Positions 9,315 to 18,857 of a stretch of DNA of 44,782 nucleotides are shown piece after piece (within the stretch, counting starts at the first letter, position 1; every line of letters begins with the position of its first letter). Below the pieces are notes generated by a model that saw nothing but the letters and a program-made list of their open reading frames with translations, did not search any database and had not been told where the DNA came from. A program made the position numbers and the translations under genes. Where the stretch lies: sequence record SRR20825006_690; one strand, written 5' to 3'.

Positions 9315-10238
9315 TTAAATTCCCACTGCTTTCGCAATTCTATTAATCAACGCAGAATACATCGGGTGGCTGGAAAAAATATCTAGCGACTCGATATAGA
9401 TGACTTTGTAACCGTCAACATCAGCTTGACGAAAACGATCATAGATTTCTCTAGCCATTTTGGCTAAGTCGCCGTGGTAGAATATTACATTTGGCGCATC
9501 AACTACTTCATTTTGAAGCAGGAATAAAGCATCTGTTTCTTCAATACTCTGAGCTGGTTTAAACCAACGAACTTCAGCATTGGGCTTGTAGTGCGAATAT
9601 TTCTGTCCAGGACTTTTAGGTGATTCCGGAGCCTTTGTTGAAAGTTGAACTTCTTGATGTAGGATAGCCTCAATTTCACTTTTGCCTATAGCACCTGGGC
9701 GCAGAATTGTTGGGGTTTCAGAAGTTAAATCCAGAACGGTAGATTCTAATCCGATCGAAGTCGCACCGCCATCTATTACTGGGAAATCCGGTCCAAAATC
9801 TAGTAAAACGTGTTCAGCCTTGGTAGGGCTTGGCTTACCCGAAGTATTTGCTGATGGAGCGACAAGAGGCCCAGTTTTGGAGATAAATTCCAGTGCAATA
9901 GAATGGTTTGGCATTCTGATGGCAACGGTGTTTAAACCAGCCGTTACAACATCCAATACGGTAGGTACTTTTTTCAAGACAAGCGTCAAAGGTCCTGGCC
10001 AAAAAGCATCCATTAAAAGTGAAGCGGAATCGGGAATTTCAGAAGCAAAGTCACTCACTTGTTCTGTTTTGGAAATATGAACAATGAGTGGATTATCTGA
10101 AGGACGCCCTTTGGTAGAAAATACCTTTTGTATTGCTGATGGATTCCACGCATCGGCGCCAAGACCGTACACAGTCTCCGTTGGAAAGGCAACAATATCG
10201 CCAGATTTAATAGCTTCTATGTAGCTTTTTGAAATCAA
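9315..10238 (-). CDS. sua5: L-threonylcarbamoyladenylate synthase (Sua5/TsaC, with C-terminal SUA5 domain)
   Basis: VAFPTETVYGLGA, KGRPSDNPLIVH, APSANTSG and SPGQKYSHY motifs; TTG start overlaps the mfd stop. Confidence 0.93.
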   Translation of the reverse strand: MISKSYIEAIKSGDIVAFPTETVYGLGADAWNPSAIQKVFSTKGRPSDNPLIVHISKTEQVSDFASEIPDSASLLMDAFWPGPLTLVLKKVPTVLDVVTAGLNTVAIRMPNHSIALEFISKTGPLVAPSANTSGKPSPTKAEHVLLDFGPDFPVIDGGATSIGLESTVLDLTSETPTILRPGAIGKSEIEAILHQEVQLSTKAPESPKSPGQKYSHYKPNAEVRWFKPAQSIEETDALFLLQNEVVDAPNVIFYHGDLAKMAREIYDRFRQADVDGYKVIYIESLDIFSSHPMYSALINRIAKAVGI

Positions 10239-13200
10239 TGGGTGTTTAATAATTGCTTTAAAAATGGAGTTACCGCAAAGATGTCATCAATATCTTGAAT
10301 TGCGAAACGCATGATATCATTTTTTTGAACCAGCTGATATTTATCAGCTCGTAGTTTGCCAAGGCCTTCCATTATTGCTTGGAACTTTCCGCTATCGTAA
10401 AAATGAGTCCCAATTTTTGATTCTGGTTTTGGACAAACAGCCCACATTCTTTTGGAGCGGATGGTTACCTTGGTGAACATACATCGAGAAGCGTAAAGCT
10501 TAATTTTACTCGCCTCAATTAAATACTTTGCTTCTTTTGGGGCAGGGCCGAATCTATCTACAATTTCATCCTCCCACTCAATAATTTCTTTTTCCGTTTT
10601 AGCTTGAGATAATTTGCGGTAAAGATTCAATCTTTCGACGTTATCGTTCACATAATTTGTAGGAAGAAGGGCAGATTCATCAAATTCAACGAGAGTTTCT
10701 GGAAGATCGATTTCAGCTTCAATACCTTCAAACATATGGCTAAACTCAGATTCTTTCAACTCACGGACGGCATCGTTCAGGATCTTAGTATATAAATCGA
10801 AACCAATATCGTTGATAAAGCCACTTTGTTCTGCACCTAGAATATCGCCAGCGCCACGGATGTCTAAATCACGCATGGCAATATTAAAACCAGAACCTAA
10901 ATCAGAAAACTCTTCTAAAGCGAGTAACCGTTTTCTTGCTTCTGGAGTGAGCGTTTCGATAGGACGAGTGATGAGGTAACAAAAGGCTTTTTTATTGGAA
11001 CGACCTACTCGTCCACGCAATTGATGAAGCTCTGCCAATCCAAAATTATCAGCGTTGTTGATGATAATAGTATTTGCGTTAGAGATATCTATGCCGTTTT
11101 CAACGATTGTTGTGGAAACTAAAACATCAAATTTATGTTTGTAGAAATCGCCAATTATTTTCTCTAATTGTGGCCCCGTCATCTGTCCATGCCCAAATCG
11201 AACACGAATATCAGGAACTAACCGACGAATCATTTCAGCAACTTCTTCAATATTTTTCACTCTGTTATGAATGAAGAATATTTGTCCACCGCGGCTTATT
11301 TCTTGAAGAATAGCGTCTCTGATAAGCTCTTCATTAAAGCCATGAATTTCGGTGTAAACAGGTTGCCTATTCGGTGGTGGTGTATTGATGACACTTAAGT
11401 CGCGAGCACCCATCAAAGAGAACTGTAGTGTTCTTGGAATTGGTGTTGCCGTAAGAGTTAATACATCAACTGCGGCTCTAAATTCCTTAAGCTTTTCCTT
11501 AGCACTCACTCCAAAACGTTGCTCTTCATCAACAATGATAAGTCCGAGATCTTTGAATTTAACGTCTTTAGAAAGCAATCGGTGAGTACCAATAACGATA
11601 TTCAAATCACCGTTTTCTAAATCTTTGATAACCTTGGTCTGCTCAGATTTTGTTCTAAATCTGGACAGAGCTTCTATCTTTACCGGAAATTTACCTAAAC
11701 GCTTTTCAAAAGTTTTAGCATGTTGTTCAGCCAAAATGGTGGTTGGCACCAAAACGCCAACTTGTTTGTTATCCATCACCGCTTTGAAAGCAGCTCTTAC
11801 GGCAACTTCAGTTTTACCAAAACCAACATCACCACAAACTAGGCGATCCATGGGCTGTGTATTTTCCATATCCGCTTTTACGGCAATAATGGCAGCGTTT
11901 TGATCTGGAGTCTCTTCGTATTGGAAATTGGCTTCCATTTCAATTTGCCAATTATTATCAGGACCGAAAGCGTAGGCTTTTTGAGCTTTTCGTTTGGCGT
12001 AAAGGAGGATAAGTTCACGGGCAATGTCTTTTACCCGCTTTTTGGTTTGAGCTTTTTTACGAGCCCATTCGCCAGAGCCTAGTTTGGTAATTCGAGGCGC
12101 GGTGCCTTCCTTACCAGAGTATTTCTGAAGTTTATGAAGACTAGTAACATTTACATAAAGAACGGAATCGTCTTTATAGTTAAGCACAACAACTTCTTGT
12201 TCGTTGTCTTTTACCAGAATCTTTTTGAAGCCAGCAAATTTTCCAATCCCATAATCCACATGAACAACAAAATCGCCAATTCGAAGATCTTTGAGTTCTT
12301 TGAATGAGATTCCGCCCGAATACTTACGTCGCTTAACTTTGGGGCGGTGATAGCGGTTAAAAATCTGGTGATCGGTGTACAGGGCTATATTCGCGTCTTT
12401 GAGGATAAAGCCTTCGTGAAAGGACTCGATTACAAGCGAGTAATTAAAACTAGGAGAAGCTTCACCTAAAAGTTCTTCAAACCGATTTTTTTGTCCGTCA
12501 TTATCACAGCAAATAAGAACATGGATTCCAGCTTCACTATTTTTGATGATGTCTTCGCGAACGAGCTCAAAATTACCATGAAAATCGGGCTGTGGTTTAC
12601 TGCCCATTTTTGCAATAGCAGCATTGGAATTTTGGCTAATATCAGAGCTTCCAAAGATAACGGAGCTTTCAAACTTACTAAGTTGAGTCTCAAGCTCTTC
12701 TTTACTAAGGTAGAGTACTTTAGGTGATGTTAGTTTTTCATCATCTTTTGAAAGATAGACATCATTTGCTCTTGTAAAACGTTTGTCAATTTCAGCAAAG
12801 ATGAGCTCCGGATTTATAAGTACGACCACAGTGTCGTCTTTGAAATAAGAAAGGAAGCTGTCTTTATCGCTATCGGGTAAATTGGATAAATCGGGAATGA
12901 AACGAGTTTGATTCAAAAAAGCGATAGAACGTTGTGAATCTGGATCAAATTCCCGAATGGATTCTAATTCATCTCCAAAAAATTCCAAACGAATAGGATA
13001 TTCACCTGCGTAAGGATAGACGTCTACAATACCCCCTCGAATAGCAAATTCACCCGGTTCATCTACAAAACGAGTAGGGGAATAGCCTTGATCTACCAAT
13101 TTCTCTTTTAAAGCGTCTTGTTCAATCTCATCACCTTTAGTAAGTATAATACTTACTTTATCGAGCAACTGAGGTGGAGCTACTTTTTCGAATAGAGCCT

Positions 13201-13567
13201 CAGCTGAGGTAAAAACGACCTTCTTTTTCGATTTTTGAACAGCTTCTAAAGCTTCAGAGCGTTGAACAAGGAGAGCGGAGTCTAGGATTTGCTCTTCATC
13301 GTAAGGCTTATGGTTTGTGGGAGGGAAGCTAGTGCTTTCATTTCCATTTAACACTTCAAGGTCGGATTTTACAAAACGCTCGTTTTCATCAGTATCGGTA
13401 ATAACCAGAATCGTTTTCGCTTCTTTTTGAAGCTTACTAATTACGAGCGCATTTAGAGAACCGACACTTTCTTTTAGATACAGTTTCGAGTACTCTTTGA
13501 GCTTAACAGAAAGCTCTTGAAAAGCAGGAGTACTATGAATACTCTTGATAAGTTTGTCTTTTTTCAT
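10235..13567 (-). CDS. mfd: Transcription-repair coupling factor
   Basis: UvrB-like N-terminus (GEFAIRGGIVDVY), RID (VVHVDYGIG), CGDVGFGKTE, DEEQRFG, TATPIPRTL, QLRGRVGRS and TRCF C-terminus. Confidence 0.97.
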   Translation of the reverse strand: MKKDKLIKSIHSTPAFQELSVKLKEYSKLYLKESVGSLNALVISKLQKEAKTILVITDTDENERFVKSDLEVLNGNESTSFPPTNHKPYDEEQILDSALLVQRSEALEAVQKSKKKVVFTSAEALFEKVAPPQLLDKVSIILTKGDEIEQDALKEKLVDQGYSPTRFVDEPGEFAIRGGIVDVYPYAGEYPIRLEFFGDELESIREFDPDSQRSIAFLNQTRFIPDLSNLPDSDKDSFLSYFKDDTVVVLINPELIFAEIDKRFTRANDVYLSKDDEKLTSPKVLYLSKEELETQLSKFESSVIFGSSDISQNSNAAIAKMGSKPQPDFHGNFELVREDIIKNSEAGIHVLICCDNDGQKNRFEELLGEASPSFNYSLVIESFHEGFILKDANIALYTDHQIFNRYHRPKVKRRKYSGGISFKELKDLRIGDFVVHVDYGIGKFAGFKKILVKDNEQEVVVLNYKDDSVLYVNVTSLHKLQKYSGKEGTAPRITKLGSGEWARKKAQTKKRVKDIARELILLYAKRKAQKAYAFGPDNNWQIEMEANFQYEETPDQNAAIIAVKADMENTQPMDRLVCGDVGFGKTEVAVRAAFKAVMDNKQVGVLVPTTILAEQHAKTFEKRLGKFPVKIEALSRFRTKSEQTKVIKDLENGDLNIVIGTHRLLSKDVKFKDLGLIIVDEEQRFGVSAKEKLKEFRAAVDVLTLTATPIPRTLQFSLMGARDLSVINTPPPNRQPVYTEIHGFNEELIRDAILQEISRGGQIFFIHNRVKNIEEVAEMIRRLVPDIRVRFGHGQMTGPQLEKIIGDFYKHKFDVLVSTTIVENGIDISNANTIIINNADNFGLAELHQLRGRVGRSNKKAFCYLITRPIETLTPEARKRLLALEEFSDLGSGFNIAMRDLDIRGAGDILGAEQSGFINDIGFDLYTKILNDAVRELKESEFSHMFEGIEAEIDLPETLVEFDESALLPTNYVNDNVERLNLYRKLSQAKTEKEIIEWEDEIVDRFGPAPKEAKYLIEASKIKLYASRCMFTKVTIRSKRMWAVCPKPESKIGTHFYDSGKFQAIMEGLGKLRADKYQLVQKNDIMRFAIQDIDDIFAVTPFLKQLLNTH

Positions 13568-13640
13568 GAAAAGCGGAATGGCAAAAACAGCCAGTTTAGG
13601 ATATCATTCAGACACAGAAGTTACCAAAACTTCTGCGGAA

Positions 13641-14636
13641 TTAAGAATTAACAATGCTACGTAAGTAAAAACGGTTAATTACTAGCGCTGCTAGAAAGAA
13701 GGCAAAAGAAAGTCCTAGATAAATAGGATACTCGTCTTCGTAATCGGTGTAAATGAGTTCTTCAACTTTTGTTTTTTCGAGAGAGTCGATTTCTTCATAC
13801 ACTTTATAAAGCTCATTAGTGTCGGTAGCACGGTAGTATTTACCGCCGGTAAGTTTAGCAACAGAGCTTAACATTTCTTCATCAATATTTACTTCTATAT
13901 TCTGATGACGAAGGCCAAAAATAGGATCTTGGATAGGGTAGGGAGCCGTTCCTCTTGTTCCAGCACCAATGGTGTAAATTTTAATTCCGTAAGTTACTGC
14001 CAAGTCGGCTGCTGTTACTGGATCAATTTCGCCTGCATTATTTTGCCCATCTGTTAACAGAATAATAATTTTACTTTTAGTGTCACTATCTTTAAGGCGA
14101 TTTATGGCGGTGGCAATACCCATGCCAATAGCCGTACCATCTTCAATAATCCCCATTTTAAGTTCATCTAATAGATTATTTAGTAAGTTATAATCTAGTG
14201 TTGGTGGGACCACGGTAAAACTCTTCATAGCAAAAGTTACGAGACCAATTCTATCGGAAGCTCTTTTGTCAACAAAGGCTTTGGCTACATCTCTAGCAGC
14301 TTCAAATCTATTTGGCTTCAAATCTTCAGCCCGCATTGATGAGGAAATATCTAGAACCATCACTATATCAATACCCTCAGCATTTTTTTCAACAGTGGTA
14401 AGCGTAAGTTGGGGACGGGCAAGTGCTACAACTAATAGTGAGAATGCGGCCCATGAAAGAAGTGCTGTTAGCCAGTGTAAGTGGACTTTCCAGTTTCCGG
14501 GTAATTTCTCAGCCGAGTTTAGTGTGGAGAAGGTAAAGGTCGTTTTCTTCTTACCAAAATAGCTATAAATATAGAAGCCAATAATTATGGGTAGTAATAA
14601 TAATGCCCAAAACCATTCAGGATTAGCCCATTCCAT
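13641..14636 (-). CDS. batA: BatA-type VWA domain membrane protein
   Basis: N-terminal BatA TM segment (FANP-like WANPEW...ALARPQ), MIDAS DISSSM, GTAIGMG, LLTDGQNN, C-terminal TM helix. Confidence 0.88.
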   Translation of the reverse strand: MEWANPEWFWALLLLPIIIGFYIYSYFGKKKTTFTFSTLNSAEKLPGNWKVHLHWLTALLSWAAFSLLVVALARPQLTLTTVEKNAEGIDIVMVLDISSSMRAEDLKPNRFEAARDVAKAFVDKRASDRIGLVTFAMKSFTVVPPTLDYNLLNNLLDELKMGIIEDGTAIGMGIATAINRLKDSDTKSKIIILLTDGQNNAGEIDPVTAADLAVTYGIKIYTIGAGTRGTAPYPIQDPIFGLRHQNIEVNIDEEMLSSVAKLTGGKYYRATDTNELYKVYEEIDSLEKTKVEELIYTDYEDEYPIYLGLSFAFFLAALVINRFYLRSIVNS

Positions 14637-15619
14637 CAGTTACCGTCCTCTTGGTCTAATTCTAGTTCTGCTTTTTCGAATTGCGACTCGAAGCGTTCTT
14701 TTAATCTAGCAATTCGCTGAATATCATAAACTCGTGCTCTTTCTAAGAATGCCTGTGCGTGTTGATAAGCAACCCAAGATTGATCTAAGGTTGGAATCAT
14801 TTTTGCGAATTTAATCATATCCGCTTCATTAAGAATGAGGCGCGTATATTTGATAAGGTCAAGATCTACACCAAAGGCATCCATATACCTTGCTAACTCT
14901 CTAGTGGTAGATTCTAGAGCAGGGATAGCATAAAGATTTTCTAAATACGCTCTAATAGCATCGCCGAGTTGGCTATAAAATAATTTGTAATCTTTCTCAA
15001 CGCTCTGAGTATGTTCTTCTTTTATAAACTCTAGGCGTTGCTCGAGCTCAACTAACGGACTAACAAATTCGGGTATTTCTCTTACCACTTGTATAGGAGG
15101 CGTTCTATCTTTATAGAACTTCTGATACAAGAAATAGGCTAGTGCCGATAATAACAATGCGCCTAATATCCAGGGCCAAAGAACTAAGCTAAAGTTGAAA
15201 TTAGGTTTTAGAGGATTGAGTTCGTCATTTTCAGAAGACAACACTGTTTTGAAGAACAAGGGAAAAGCTTCAGTAAAGAATAAAGTGGTATCTGCTCCTT
15301 CAATTAGTTTTACTGGAAGAGGTGGAATGATAATGTCTTTATTGGCGAAGAATTGAAGTGAATAGCTTGTGCTATCTGAAAAGTTAGGTAACCTAAATTG
15401 TTTGCGGCTAATAAATTCTAAATCATCGTTAAAAATCGAGGAATCTGGGAAGATTATTTTATCGTACTCTGATTTATTATTCAATGTGAGAGAGAAATTG
15501 AACAAAGTCCCAACTGTAAGAGAGTCGGTAGGGCCAGATACACTTACTTCTTGAGCCGTTCCAAGAAATGGTATAAGTGACGTTATAAATAAAAGTAATA
15601 ATAGTTTGTGTCTAGTCAA
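14636..15619 (-). CDS. Bat-cluster hypothetical membrane protein (signal peptide, Ig-like domain, TM helix, helical C-terminus)
   Basis: Stop overlaps the batA start. TM helix LWPWILGALLLSALAYFLY; ALESTTRE and ADMIKFAK resemble the conserved gene preceding batA. Start re-placed to TTG 15619 (signal peptide ending GTA|Q) instead of 15733. Confidence 0.72.
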   Translation of the reverse strand: MTRHKLLLLLFITSLIPFLGTAQEVSVSGPTDSLTVGTLFNFSLTLNNKSEYDKIIFPDSSIFNDDLEFISRKQFRLPNFSDSTSYSLQFFANKDIIIPPLPVKLIEGADTTLFFTEAFPLFFKTVLSSENDELNPLKPNFNFSLVLWPWILGALLLSALAYFLYQKFYKDRTPPIQVVREIPEFVSPLVELEQRLEFIKEEHTQSVEKDYKLFYSQLGDAIRAYLENLYAIPALESTTRELARYMDAFGVDLDLIKYTRLILNEADMIKFAKMIPTLDQSWVAYQHAQAFLERARVYDIQRIARLKERFESQFEKAELELDQEDGN

Positions 15620-15818
15620 AAGAATCTGAAGTATGTCAATTAAGTTGCCAATATAAAAAGGGAGAAATCTTAAGGGCAAGAATATATAGTAAAGCTTTCT
15701 AAAAAGAAGCCCGAATCTATCAAGTTTATCCAAATTTACAACTCTTCTTTTTTTATGATATGATTAAATTATCTCTTAGTTTCCGTTTTTATTGAAGGAA
15801 ATCATCTACAATTAGTCT

Positions 15819-17099
15819 ATGTCTATAAATTCGGTTAATAAGGCAATTATTATTGCTTGTTTTACAACCATTTCTATGTCTTGTCAGTTTTCAGGGCAAA
15901 AACCAGAAAATGAAACAGTGTCGGTTACTGAAGCTAATCTAGTAGAGATTAAGGAACTTCCTGGATATGATTCGTACGGTTTTTTAAGAGATGGCTCTGA
16001 AGTTGAAGAACACCGTGTTAGAAAGAATGAGAGCTTATATTTGATTCTACGAGCTTTAGATGTTTCCCCACAAACGATTTATGATTTAGAGCAAGAAGCC
16101 AAAGGTAAGTTTCAATACAATAGAATTCGTCAGAATCAGAAGTATTATACCTACTTAAACTCTGAGACTGGTAAACCTAGCCGAATGGTTTTTCATAATT
16201 CGGCTACTGATTACGTTATTTTTGATTGGGACGAAGGAGTATCAGTTACCAAAGGTGTTAAAGAGGTTCGCAAAGAAGTAGCCTCTTCTTATGGAACTAT
16301 AAAGTCTTCTTTATATGAAGCGCTAGTAGATCAAGATGTAAATATTTTGGTAGCAAACCGACTCAGTGAAATTTTTGGATGGCAGGTAGACTTTTTTAGA
16401 TTATATCCTGGCGATGGATTTAAAGTAATTTATGAAAAGCAGTTTGTTGATGATAAACCATACGGAATTGGAGATATTTTAGCTGCAGAGTTTGTACATC
16501 AGGGCGATGTTTATAATGCGTATTGGTACGAAAGTGCAGATAGAACTGGTTTCTTTGATAGTGAAGGAAATAGCGTTCAAAAAGCCCTTTTGAAAGCCCC
16601 ATTTACCTATTCTCATAGAGTTAGTTCGGGTTTTTCGTTAAATAGATTCCACCCAGTACTGAAGGAAAATCGTCCACATTATGGCGTAGATTATGCCGCC
16701 CCTCTAGGAACACCGGTAATAGCGGTAGGAGATGGAGAGATTATTGAATCTCGTTATAGAGGCGCAAGTGGAAATATTGTTAAAATTCGACATAACTCTA
16801 CCTATACAACCGCTTACCTACATTTGAATGGTTTTGCTAAAGGAATCAAAAAGGGTGCTAAAGTACACCAAGGACAGGTTATTGGTTATGTTGGTAGAAC
16901 GGGCCGAGTAACAGGTGTACACTTAGATTATAGAGTGTACAAGAATGATTCGCCGATGAATCCTCTCAAAATCAAACTACCACCATCAGAAGGCATTTCT
17001 GCAAATAATATGGATGTGTTTAAGGTTCGCATATCTAATTTAAGAACCGAGCTAGAGGGAATGACTGAAGAAAAAGAAGTAATAGCTAACCTTAACTAA
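15819..17099 (+). CDS. M23 family peptidoglycan DD-endopeptidase (MepM-like), probable lipoprotein
   Basis: HYGVDYAA (HxxxD), YLHL and GVHLDY (HxH) motifs; MepM-like middle domain (FGWQVDF...GDGFKVIY); possible lipobox SMS-C22. Confidence 0.9.
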   Translation: MSINSVNKAIIIACFTTISMSCQFSGQKPENETVSVTEANLVEIKELPGYDSYGFLRDGSEVEEHRVRKNESLYLILRALDVSPQTIYDLEQEAKGKFQYNRIRQNQKYYTYLNSETGKPSRMVFHNSATDYVIFDWDEGVSVTKGVKEVRKEVASSYGTIKSSLYEALVDQDVNILVANRLSEIFGWQVDFFRLYPGDGFKVIYEKQFVDDKPYGIGDILAAEFVHQGDVYNAYWYESADRTGFFDSEGNSVQKALLKAPFTYSHRVSSGFSLNRFHPVLKENRPHYGVDYAAPLGTPVIAVGDGEIIESRYRGASGNIVKIRHNSTYTTAYLHLNGFAKGIKKGAKVHQGQVIGYVGRTGRVTGVHLDYRVYKNDSPMNPLKIKLPPSEGISANNMDVFKVRISNLRTELEGMTEEKEVIANLN

Positions 17100-17106
17100 A
17101 TACTTC

Positions 17107-17997
17107 TTAATATCTGTTTACTCGTCGCATTAAGAAGTTCATAAGTGGTTGAACATACGATTGGTTAGTACTAACTTCTACAGAATCGATTTTCATTTTG
17201 CGTAGCTTTTCCGAGAGCTCTTTTTTAAGAATAAATCTGCGCTTTTTGTATTCAGAACGTACTTTTTTACTTGAAGTATCGATAAGAATATCTTTTCCCG
17301 ATTCTGCATCTTTGAATGGAATGATGCCCATATTTGGCAATTCATCTTCCATAGCATCATTAACTATGATGCTTACCAAATCATGCTTTTGATTGGTTAT
17401 TCTGAGCTCTTTGTCAAAGTTTGAGTCTTGGAAGTCAGAAGCTAGAACTACGATAGCTTTTCTATCAAGTAAACGGTTTATGTAAGAGAGGGCACCGCTG
17501 ATGCTAGTTCCATGGCCTTCAGGTTTAGTAGTATAAAGCTCCCTAATCAGGCGTAAAACGTGGGTTCTACCTTTTTTAGGAGGAACCACTTTTTCAATAC
17601 GATCGCTAAAAAGTACTAAGCCAACCTTATCGCTATTTTTTATTGCGCTAAATGCGAGCACAGCACAAATTTCAATAGCGAGATCCATTTTTGTTTGCTC
17701 TACACTTCCAAAAACTCCACTTTGAGAGATGTCTACACAAAGCATAAGTGTTTGTTCCCGCTCTTCTTCAAAGATTTTAATATAAGGGTCACCTGTTCGA
17801 GCGGTAACGTTCCAGTCGATTTGGCGAATATCATCACCGTAGTTATAAGCTCTTACTTCCGAAAACTCCATTCCACGACCTTTAAATGCCGATTGATACT
17901 CTCCACCAAACAAGGTATTTACGATTCCTTTGGTCTGAATTTCTAGCTTACGAATCTTTTTTAAGACTTCTTTTGATATCACAAATTTACCATTCAA
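17107..17997 (-). CDS. DUF58 family protein (MoxR-associated)
   Basis: FKGRGMEFSEVRAYNYGDDIRQIDWNVTAR, FEEERE, VDISQS and SDF motifs. Confidence 0.92.
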   Translation of the reverse strand: MNGKFVISKEVLKKIRKLEIQTKGIVNTLFGGEYQSAFKGRGMEFSEVRAYNYGDDIRQIDWNVTARTGDPYIKIFEEEREQTLMLCVDISQSGVFGSVEQTKMDLAIEICAVLAFSAIKNSDKVGLVLFSDRIEKVVPPKKGRTHVLRLIRELYTTKPEGHGTSISGALSYINRLLDRKAIVVLASDFQDSNFDKELRITNQKHDLVSIIVNDAMEDELPNMGIIPFKDAESGKDILIDTSSKKVRSEYKKRRFILKKELSEKLRKMKIDSVEVSTNQSYVQPLMNFLMRRVNRY

Positions 17998-18262
17998 TTA
18001 AACAATTCTATTCAAAATTTAGAGAATTATAGCATACTATACCATATGTTATAAAGTATATTATAAATAATCATTATATAGGATATTATTACTATTTTAA
18101 AGATGAATAAATTTTACAAATGTTAGATTCCAACGTTTGTAAAAAAGGCTTTAGTAGAGGCTTCTAAGGCATACTTTTATATTAAGAAACTCTAATATTT
18201 AAAATAGAAAAAAGAGGGTTTTACATTAGAGTGATTTAACGGGGTAAAAGTAGTAATAAGGG

Positions 18263-18270
18263 TATATTTG
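18263..18270 (+). promoter_or_regulatory. Possible Bacteroidota-type -7 promoter element (TAnnTTTG) for the DUF11 operon
   Basis: TATATTTG 40 bp upstream of ATG 18311, in an AT-rich divergent intergenic region; no clear -33 TTTG. Confidence 0.3.
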
Positions 18271-18310
18271 TGGAGCCTAAAATGGGTTAATAAACAAATA
18301 TGCAAGAATT

Positions 18311-18796
18311 ATGAAAAATAAACTGCTTTTTATAGTACTAATAATTATGATCTTACCTGCGCTAGTAATAGCTCAGGATGGTGGCCCAGTTTCTTCGGTC
18401 TTGTCGGTGTATAGAATTACACTTGACGCTGACGGAAAAGAAATAGCCACAATTACAAGTGAGGTAACACCTGGTGATTTGATAGAATACAGGGTCTCAT
18501 ATACAAACAACGATGCAGGGGCAATCACGGCGCTTCAACCGATGCTGCCAATTCCAACTGGAATGGAATTTGTGAAAGACTCTGCTCGTCCTGCCATAAT
18601 AAGTGCCAGTGTTTCCAGTACAGGTACTGATTTCCAATCACTTCCTTTAACCCGACAAGTGCGACGCCCGGATGGAGCGGTAGTTACCGAAGAGGTACCT
18701 GCTCGTGAATTCCGCAGATTAAAATGGATGGTAGAGTCGCTGGACGTAGGGGAAAGTGTAATTCTAGTCGCCCGGGTAAAGGTGATAGACAAGTAG
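18311..18796 (+). CDS. Small secreted single truncated DUF11-like domain protein (candidate chaperone/cap)
   Basis: Signal peptide VIA|Q. PGDLIEYRVSYTN...PIPTGMEFV...LKWMVESLDVGESVILVARVKV matches the DUF11 core but stops before the last strands. Confidence 0.85.
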   Translation: MKNKLLFIVLIIMILPALVIAQDGGPVSSVLSVYRITLDADGKEIATITSEVTPGDLIEYRVSYTNNDAGAITALQPMLPIPTGMEFVKDSARPAIISASVSSTGTDFQSLPLTRQVRRPDGAVVTEEVPAREFRRLKWMVESLDVGESVILVARVKVIDK

Positions 18797-18857
18797 TCAT
18801 TTTGGAAATCTAAAATTAAAACAAACAATTAATAATTCTAATCTAATAGGATAGAAA

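Noticed and set aside
15620-15733. N-terminal 38 codons of the 365-aa ORF
   Set aside because: This is more likely the divergent promoter region; a signal peptide only begins at TTG 15619.
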